Shown piece after piece: positions 42,156-50,800 of a DNA stretch of 64,000 nt. The notes under the pieces are model-generated. The model was not told where the DNA came from, made no database searches, and saw only the letters and a list, made by a program, of their open reading frames with translations. The position numbers and the translations under genes were made by a program. Location of the stretch: positions 384,001 to 448,000 of the forward strand of contig CM000430.1 in the NCBI GenBank assembly GCA_000165345.1. The letters run 5' to 3'. How positions within the stretch are numbered: the first letter of the stretch is position 1; the number at the start of each line of letters is the position of its first letter.

Positions 42156-42575
42156 TTTGTCTTAAAAAATGAATAATTCAAATAATATTATACTCAAGAA
42201 TTAAAATCCTATGTTCAATTTAAACAATATTGCTAGAACTTCCTGAAATAGGAAAAATGGCTGCATGCGGAAACAGATTGCATGAATAAAAATACATGTA
42301 AAACGATACTTGTCACAAGTGACATTCATACCGCCATGTGTACGCATGATGACCGCCGAGTGTACATGTGGCTGAATTTACAGGTAGATCATTGTGGGGT
42401 CATTTTTACGCCAGTAAATTCAAATAATTTATAATTTATGTGGAAAAAAATATTGCCAGTTATTACAATAAAGTATTTTTAAAAAATATAATAAAAAGTT
42501 GTATATCGCACAAATTCGTAAGTTTGAAAACATGAAGGAGTAGTTAGGCAATTTATTACATTTTAGAAATTGAAA

Positions 42576-42863
42576 ATGACTCAAAACATCAAAACTAAGA
42601 AAGCTACTAAGGTATCAAAGAAAGAAGCAAAAAAAAATAAACCTAAGAGAGCAATGACTGCGTTTATGTATTTTGCTAGCAGTAGAAGAGCAGAGATTAC
42701 AGCAGCAAATCCAAGTTTGAGGTCGCAAGTTGCTGAAGTTGCTAAGATTCTTGGTGAGGAGTGGAGAGGGATGAGTGAATCAGATAAGGCACCATTCCAG
42801 AAGCAGGCAGATGCAGACAAGAAAAGATACGAACGAGAAAAGGCACAAATGGCAGGACAGTAG
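42576..42863 (+). CDS. HMG-box (HMGB-type) chromatin protein
   Basis: ATG at 42576 (the track M at 42570 is TTG). A basic N-terminal stretch is followed by a single HMG box PKRAMTAFMYFASSRRAEITAANPSLRSQVAEVAKILGEEWRGMSESDKAPFQKQADADKKRYEREKAQ. Confidence 0.8.
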   Translation: MTQNIKTKKATKVSKKEAKKNKPKRAMTAFMYFASSRRAEITAANPSLRSQVAEVAKILGEEWRGMSESDKAPFQKQADADKKRYEREKAQMAGQ

Positions 42864-43030
42864 AAGTATTCGAGTCGTAATCATATCTACTGCAAATTAG
42901 TTTTAACTTATTCCCTACCTCGACTGATTTACGAAACTATACCTGAGTGGAGGGAAATTATGATAAAGGAACCTAGGCCCAATAAAAGTATTATTAGTTC
43001 TCCACTAATCTGTTCATTGTTAAAATCTAA

Positions 43031-46000
43031 TCATTTAGTTTTGTTCCATGGCCCCTCTTCTACTCCAGGACAGATCGACTGTGCCATGTGCAGGTTGTTT
43101 TGTGAAATATATTTTGACGTATGGAGATTGCTTGCAGCCTTGTTTGAGAGCTCACTGGCTATTGGTTCTATTGTTTCGCCTTGACCTGTAGGATTGTTTA
43201 ACATTCCCGAATTAGATTTCATTTGTAGTATAATCGGCCCAATATCTGGAAGCGACGAGAGTAGACTTCCATCACGATAGCGCAGATTAAGTAGGCCGTT
43301 CAGAGTTACAAACGCAGTTTTCAGAAATGACTCATTTACGCCAAATGTGCACGTTTCTCTAACCAACTCCGCGTAATTTTGCACATGCTTAAGCATCTCA
43401 TAGTACTCTGATTGTTGCTCATGAAGTGTTCTGAAATAAAAGTTTGCAGCAGCCCCATCAAATTGTATAGGCCCAGGGTTGCAAAAGCGGTCTTGCATTG
43501 CCCAATGTTCCTGAACGATTTTTAACCAACGATATGCTTTACCTTTCAGATCCACTTCACTAGAAGGAATTGTAGGAATGTTGCTTGGGAGTTCAGGATG
43601 GGTCTCATCGTTGGAAGGAACAATTTTCATTAGGCAATTAAATGGTATTGCTGTCATTCTCCAATCGGAAACATCGCCGCACAACCCTCTAATAGAACAA
43701 AGATGGCCTGTTAGTCCGCTCTCAACAACTATCGAAGCAAAATGCCCAAGCGCATACCCTAGCTTTGCATCAAACTGTGATGGCATAGCAGATCTACCCT
43801 GATATCCAAAAAAGTGTGTAAACGGCTGAAAATTGCCATTATATTTATTATCTTGTTTTCTTTTCTTAAGCTCCTTTTTTATCATTAAAACAAGAAGTGC
43901 CTCGGTCTCTATCGCGGAAAATGCAGAGTCAACATCTAATGAAAGTATTTCTCTTCTAATGAACCTAGGTAATGACTTAAATAATGCGAGACTCCAGGGA
44001 GTCATTTTAGAAGAGTATTTACTTCCATCAAAGCTATCTGTAGGGCTATGTTCCTGATTCGCAGCCGAACTTTTGTTATCAGCCACATCTACGCGAGAGC
44101 TTTTTTCTTGGCTATTTGTGTGATCGGACAATGTGGGGTGATCGCTGTGTCCCAAACTCATCATTTCAGACATAAATAATTTCATCTCGGAATGTTCTTC
44201 AGCGAATCTTCGTAATTCATTTATTTCAGAAATTAAAATCTTCATATCTGGTAAATGTGAAAGTAATGCATCTGGAATGAGTACAGTTCCGAAGTTCTTT
44301 CCAAACTCCGCTCTCTTACATATTACATCTGCCACATCTTCTACGATGTGAACAAGAGTTTTATCAGCTGCTCCATATTCTTCAGCAATTATTACAACAT
44401 TTGGATGTGTCTGTAGTGCGCACTCCAGAACTTCATTTGAAGGTTGCCTTCCCATTAATCTAATAAAATGCCAATATTTAGGCATTGAAGCAGCATCCGT
44501 TAATACATTTCCAATTAAGCTTGCATACAATTTAGTGCTTGAATCAAACCCTACGCATGCCTCTACTAGATCATTTGCTAAGTTGTTAGACGCAGTTGCT
44601 GGGACGCCAACAACCTTAGTATTACAGTTATTTTGTAGAAAATACTCTGCCAAGATTGCGCCCTGGGTCATTCCAAATGCAGAGCCACACAATACAAGGC
44701 CATCCAAATGTAAACTTTCACAAACCTTTCTAGCCTTTTCCAAATTCTCTTTCGAAACTAAACACTCTGTATACGTTCTTCCAATTAATTCCGATCCTCC
44801 TTGATTTGGCAAAAGATCTACATCTTTCTCAGTAAGTGTAATATGCTTCCCTTGCAAAAATCCTTTAACTCCATAAAAGCCCAAACATCTTCCCCTTACC
44901 ATTTTCAGACGGTGGTATAGTCCCCATACCACATTTGCAATTCCAGGTGCTTGTCTAGACATAAGCAATACTCCTATTCTCAACCCTACATTGGGCTCTT
45001 CAGATGAAATGTCAAGTTGCGCTTCTTGGCAATAAAAGTGATTTGAATTACATAAATGAGGATAACAGGTTGTAATCTGTCTTTTTATCAGAGGATCAGA
45101 TAAATTATATTGAGTAGTCGGTTTACATCTTGCTTTAAGGTGGGTAAGTAGCAGTGGCAACGGAGGTCTATATGTTGTGCGATAAAGTTGGAGAGAGGAG
45201 AGGGTTCCCTGAATTCTATTAAATACACCTCTTTTCCCTCCCCCATTATTTGGTTGTACAATATTTATATCAGTATCTGTAACTGAGGCATCCTCTCCGC
45301 ATAATAAATCTTGTAACTCCGGCGTTCTTACAATATAAGGGATAGTTTCAGAGCATGGGCCTTCGAATTGTAAAGGTCCAGGCGCCCTATATAAATCTTG
45401 AAACTTCCAAATATCTCGAACCTGTTTTAATAGTTTGAAAAGTGGCCCATTCAAATCGACTAACTGACGAGTAACTGCAGCATAGCACTGACCGTCTTGT
45501 CTGGATTTTTTAACTTCCATAATTCTAGTAATACTTATACCGCATGCTTGCCAACTAAGAGGATTCCCTTCTAATCCTCTTATAACTGCCAAGTAACCAT
45601 TCATACCTTTATAAACCAACGCTCCTGCGCAATGGCCCAGTGCGTAACAATAGTTAGAATCAAAATTAGATGGCATGGCGCATCTTCCTTCATAACCCAA
45701 ATAATGATGCATCATTGTAAATCCAAAAGGCATCAGTATTGAGCCATTTGACTTATTTGAAATTTCTACCTGATCTGAAATTGTTTCCTTGGTTTGGCCA
45801 TGTTCAAAATCATAATAGAAAGATGTTCCATGCCTCCTATGTAACTCTGCTTCAACAAGTAGTATAAGTAATCTCTCTGTTGCTATTTTTGCAACTTGTA
45901 TTTGGCCAGTAGCCTCTCTATCAAGTAACAATTGCTCTCTAATATTTTCTGGAAGGTACTCCCAAATTTTTGCAGAAGACTCCGAAAGACAACTGCATAT

Positions 46001-47311
46001 CTTTTTATCAAAGTCGTCAGGTGAAGCTTCCTGATCGCATTCAGACCCCTCATACTTTAACTTATCAAGGATTTCATTTAATTCTTGAATTAAAATTTTC
46101 ATTTCTGGGATAAACTCAATTAAGCCTTCAGGTATTAATATTATGCCATACATTTTGCCCATTTTTGAACGCTCTTCCATTAAATCTACAATATTCTTCA
46201 CTATTTCAAATAATGTTATTCCTTCTTGTTCAACTTCTTCTGCAATGAAAACAATATTTGGTCTTGTTTGCAATGCGACTTCCAGAGCCAAATGCGATGC
46301 TGATCTACCCATAACTCTTACGAAGTGATAGACATTTTGTGATGTACAAATGTCTGAGCAAAGATTACCTACGCACTCAGCGTAAGTCCTCGCAGCAGTA
46401 TCAAATCCAAAAGAGACTTCAATAGCAGGGTTTTTTAAATCTCCATCAATAGTTTTTGGGACCCCTACAATACAAAAATTTTTGTTTTTCTTTGCCATGT
46501 AATCCGCGATCAACGCAGCATTTGAATTTGAGCCATCACCTCCAATAACAATTAATCCATGTAATTGAAGCTGCTCGCAAACTTTTTCAACTCTTTCCAA
46601 ATCTTGCTCTCCATTAATTCTCCCTCTACCAGACCAAAGCATATCAAAACCTCCTTGGTTTCTAAATCGATCCATTAATTCATCTGAAATAACCTTATAA
46701 GTTGATTTGAAAAGACCATCTAACCCACCTAAAAATCCGAATAGCTGGCTATCAGGGTGATGATTCTTAATAAAATCATATACACCGCAAATGACATTAT
46801 GTCCGCCAGGTGCAGGACCACCTGATAATACAATTCCAACTCTAAGAGCATGGTCTGAATTCTCCGAGTTCTTTGATTCATCTCGAGTTATTTCAATGCA
46901 TGGTCTCCCAAATGTGTTCGGTAACAATTCTTTGAGTTTATTCTCATCTTTTTGGATCAAGTCAGGAATTTCAATCTCTTTTATTTTTATGCAGTTTGAA
47001 GATAAGGAATATGGCAATGTTGGCACCCATTTTTGTCTTTCTAATTGCACGGGACTAAAGTTTTCAAAGAGATCTGCTGAGTGCAAATGAGGTTTTCCAC
47101 CCATTGACAATTTAAATGAGTCTAACCTAGTTGCAATATTACGTTCTATTGAATCTCTTCTACGAATATGCTTTTGAGACGTTATCGCTTTAGAAATTAA
47201 TGGAATACTACGTTCTTTATCGATATGAGTGTCTTCAAGTATTACAGCCAAACTTCTAAGCCGGCGAATAGCATTTCTTTGGCTTCTGTTCATTTCTCCA
47301 TTCAAAAACAT
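43031..47311 (-). CDS. PFK: Pyrophosphate-dependent phosphofructokinase, fused tandem double-domain form (1426 aa)
   Basis: Single 4281-nt ORF with ATG at 47311. The N-terminal half has the catalytic motifs IVIGGDGSNSNAALIADYMAKK, KTIDGD and VMGRSASHLALE. The C-terminal half repeats the fold (VGVPATASNNL, LMGRQPSNEVLE) but has CGSAFG in place of GGDGS. The fused 1400-aa-class PPi-PFK architecture is typical of apicomplexans. Confidence 0.9.
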   Translation of the reverse strand: MFLNGEMNRSQRNAIRRLRSLAVILEDTHIDKERSIPLISKAITSQKHIRRRDSIERNIATRLDSFKLSMGGKPHLHSADLFENFSPVQLERQKWVPTLPYSLSSNCIKIKEIEIPDLIQKDENKLKELLPNTFGRPCIEITRDESKNSENSDHALRVGIVLSGGPAPGGHNVICGVYDFIKNHHPDSQLFGFLGGLDGLFKSTYKVISDELMDRFRNQGGFDMLWSGRGRINGEQDLERVEKVCEQLQLHGLIVIGGDGSNSNAALIADYMAKKNKNFCIVGVPKTIDGDLKNPAIEVSFGFDTAARTYAECVGNLCSDICTSQNVYHFVRVMGRSASHLALEVALQTRPNIVFIAEEVEQEGITLFEIVKNIVDLMEERSKMGKMYGIILIPEGLIEFIPEMKILIQELNEILDKLKYEGSECDQEASPDDFDKKICSCLSESSAKIWEYLPENIREQLLLDREATGQIQVAKIATERLLILLVEAELHRRHGTSFYYDFEHGQTKETISDQVEISNKSNGSILMPFGFTMMHHYLGYEGRCAMPSNFDSNYCYALGHCAGALVYKGMNGYLAVIRGLEGNPLSWQACGISITRIMEVKKSRQDGQCYAAVTRQLVDLNGPLFKLLKQVRDIWKFQDLYRAPGPLQFEGPCSETIPYIVRTPELQDLLCGEDASVTDTDINIVQPNNGGGKRGVFNRIQGTLSSLQLYRTTYRPPLPLLLTHLKARCKPTTQYNLSDPLIKRQITTCYPHLCNSNHFYCQEAQLDISSEEPNVGLRIGVLLMSRQAPGIANVVWGLYHRLKMVRGRCLGFYGVKGFLQGKHITLTEKDVDLLPNQGGSELIGRTYTECLVSKENLEKARKVCESLHLDGLVLCGSAFGMTQGAILAEYFLQNNCNTKVVGVPATASNNLANDLVEACVGFDSSTKLYASLIGNVLTDAASMPKYWHFIRLMGRQPSNEVLECALQTHPNVVIIAEEYGAADKTLVHIVEDVADVICKRAEFGKNFGTVLIPDALLSHLPDMKILISEINELRRFAEEHSEMKLFMSEMMSLGHSDHPTLSDHTNSQEKSSRVDVADNKSSAANQEHSPTDSFDGSKYSSKMTPWSLALFKSLPRFIRREILSLDVDSAFSAIETEALLVLMIKKELKKRKQDNKYNGNFQPFTHFFGYQGRSAMPSQFDAKLGYALGHFASIVVESGLTGHLCSIRGLCGDVSDWRMTAIPFNCLMKIVPSNDETHPELPSNIPTIPSSEVDLKGKAYRWLKIVQEHWAMQDRFCNPGPIQFDGAAANFYFRTLHEQQSEYYEMLKHVQNYAELVRETCTFGVNESFLKTAFVTLNGLLNLRYRDGSLLSSLPDIGPIILQMKSNSGMLNNPTGQGETIEPIASELSNKAASNLHTSKYISQNNLHMAQSICPGVEEGPWNKTK

Positions 47312-47888
47312 TGAATTAACAAAATATATATAATATATTTTAAAAAATGAGTATTAGAGCTTCTGGCTGTAATACCGATTATGGTAAAATAAACAACCAA
47401 TATTTAATTTTGTTACTTAGATTTGATTTTAATAAAAATAAACACAAAGAAATGATACTAATTACACACAAACCCTATTAATTTATATCGTCACTCATAT
47501 TGAAACATATGCATCAGGATAATCTCCCGCCAATGAATTGAATTCCTATTAAACTTTTTTATGTTTTTAAAGCCTACTCAGAAATTATTTTTCTAAAATA
47601 TATGATTAATCTTTTAATTGACAATATATGCTTGCTATTAATTCAATTATATTTATCTTCAGTTGAAGTAAATTACATTTTTCTATGTTAAAAATTATTT
47701 TTGGTTCCCATTTTTTAATATTATCGTTATATTTGAAAAATGTATACCCCTATGCCAAATTTGATCTTGAATAGCTTATTAAATGTGTAATTTAATGAAC
47801 TATCTTATTCTAAAATTTTTTTTTTTTTAGAGGGCAAATTTGCGCCATCTAGATATTACATTACATGTAAATATTAGGCTTTTAGATC

Positions 47889-50800
47889 ATGTATTTCCAA
47901 CGCCAAGAAGTAATTGGATCGCCACCTATTCTTGCATCAATAAGATCAATTTTTTCTAATGAATCTAAGAAAGACAAATTGGGTCCAACATACCAGCTTT
48001 TTGTTGGAATAGGATATATATTTTATTTAATTATTTTTATGATTGTCATTACTAAAGTAATTCAGCCTAATGAAGAATATTCGTCAATATATAGTATTCA
48101 GAATGTACTAAAATCTGCAAATTGGAACCCTGACTTATCAACACCTAAAAATTCTATGCTATATAATATTCAGACAAATGGAGATATTCAAAATTGGATA
48201 TATTATGTTTTGGGCCCACCACTTTTAAATGGTCATATTGCAGATCAAAACCAAATTATTGGAGCCTCTCTAACAAAATGTGTCGGAGAATATATCAGTA
48301 ATGCAGTAGAAAATCAATATATTCCTTCAGACTATGGTGTTGTCAAGGTTCTCAGCCAAAGTAATTGTAAAAAAACCAAATTAAACTTAGTTTCAAGGAT
48401 TGCTTCTCCATATAAATACATGGAAGCTTTTTTTGATTCTTCTAAGGATTACGTTATTCAAGAAATCGAATCCAATCCTGAATTGCCAGTATTACCAAAG
48501 TTATTTAATAAAACAGATATAATTTCCTATACAGCAGAACTATTATTTTATAATGGAAATATTGACACATACAGCGTTGTATCATTTTCGTTCAATCTTT
48601 CTATCTTCGGTACATTTATCGTTGATGTATTATCTCAAAGCGCTTCGCCTATCAAAAAATATATTGGGTTTCCATGCGATGGAAGTTGTAATATAAATAT
48701 TACTCAGATAACTAAATCTGCGCTTTTTTTTACATATTGTGTTGTTTTTATTCTTCATTTGATATCAGGAATTATACTGCTCATTTCTAGTGCATCAGGG
48801 TCCCCAAGTTATTCATCCAAAGAGTCTGAAAGAAACGGTTTGGGGATTGAATCTTGGTCAAATTACTTTAAAGAAAGGTCGCTTTCTATTGCAATTCGAA
48901 TTTCTCACTTTTCTGTAATTTTATTATGGATTTCATCCGCAGTTTTAGTACAACTACTTCCAAACCAATCCCTAAAAAATATTTTAGAGCAAAGTAACCA
49001 AGCAGCAGAAAAGATCAATTTAAACCAATCATCCGAAATGCCACTATTAAATTCCATTATCTATACAATTAAAATTGCTTCAATTATAAAATTTACTGGA
49101 ACCGTAATTGCATGTATTGCATCACTTTTAATGCTGTTTAGGATCTTTCAGATTTTTTCATCTCTTTTTTCTCAAGTTAACGTTCCGCTAAAGACAATAA
49201 TGTTATTTTTTAGAAAAATTATTGGAATATTTTTTCTTATCAACCTAATTATTTTGACATTGGCACTTGGAATTATTATTTATTTACATATTGACAAGTA
49301 TTCACCAAATATTAAAGGAATTAAAGAGTCTATAAGTACCTCAATTTTTTCTATTATGCTTGCACCAATTTCTATTAGCCTGCAGGAGGAAACTACCGAA
49401 GAGACAATCTATAAAGTTCCAACAGTTATTTTTTTATCAATCGTATTGGGGATTCTAACTTTATACCTCCTATTAATTCCACTATCAACTGCCACCATAA
49501 TGTTTATTTACAATGAAGTTGAAATTCTTCAATCTTTAAAACAAAACACAGATAATATTTACACGATCAAAACGACTCTTAGTGCTTGGATTCAACAAAT
49601 TTTTTTTCTTTCAACATTCTGGCAATCAAAAAAAGTCTGGTCATTTTCGTCTCAATCGAATGACAAGGCCATAAAAATAAATCATGATATACAAAATGAG
49701 ATTGAGGCACAACACCAACAAGAAAGTAACAGTTTTGCAAAAGAAATCATTTTGAACCAAGGGGTAAACAAAACTAATAAAATGGACGAAAAAGGCATAA
49801 ATCAAGTGATACAACAAAAAAAGAAACAGTTTAAAAAATTTTTTGAGTTGCCTCCAAAGCTTGAATATATTCCATACCATCTTTTTTTCTTAATTGTACT
49901 ATTTTCCATAGTTTCTATACTATGGATTATTAATATAGCAAACTACCAGCTTCATACTGAAACAGGCGAAGTTATTTGGAAGATTCTCGATTCGCCTTTT
50001 AGAGCAAGATCATTCTATACATTTGATCCAACTTTGGATTTCTTCCCATACATGTTTAAAGATTGTTCTAAAAAAGATGAAAATCTCAATTTCTTATATG
50101 ACAAAAACCAGTTATCTAAAATTCCAGGAGAACTTCTCTACGGGCTATATCAGTCATACAGGCTCACAAATATTACTTCATTAAGTCACCTAAATTCATG
50201 GATTCAAAAAATTTTTATTCCGTTGATAAAAACAAAAAATACTCAGATTTCAGAAAAAAAGAATTTTTTGATAGATCTTGGCCATCCAACACTCTATTCA
50301 ACAGTTAACCCAATGTTATTATTTAAACAACATTTTAGTCCCGTTAAATGCAATTCTAATCCAATTTCGTCTGGATTATATTTAAGTACAATCTCTAGAT
50401 CAAAAAGCTCATTAAGCATTAAAGACATTTCAAATTTCAATCCATTGTCAGTAAATAATGTCCCAACTTCATTATCTGTTCCAAAGACCCAAATTCAAAA
50501 AATCAGAAATATATTCGCACGTATTCTTAAATTAGTGAATTTTAATCAGGGAATATTCAGTAGAGAGTTAACTACTTCTGCGGAAAAGAGTTCTCATATG
50601 GAGTCAACTCTATCAAGCTCAGGAGTAGATAGAATATTTTTTTTATATGCAGGTAAAGAATCAGAAATTTCCGAACAGTTTAATAAATCTTTACATGGGA
50701 ATGATGAAGGAAACTTATTTTGGGTTATAAGGTCTTATTCTCTTTCTACTGGAAGCGATGTAAATGTCGACTTAATCACTTCATTAGATTCGTTTGCTTC

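Noticed and set aside
42340-42380. Box C/D snoRNA candidate (ATGATGA ... CTGA)
   Set aside because: The boxes are only about 25 nt apart and there is no terminal stem or D'/C' pair. Retained only as part of the GC-island finding.
43031-47311. Possibility that the 1426-aa PFK is two adjacent PFK genes
   Set aside because: One uninterrupted frame with no stop or start-like break between the two halves. The fused form is the expected apicomplexan architecture.
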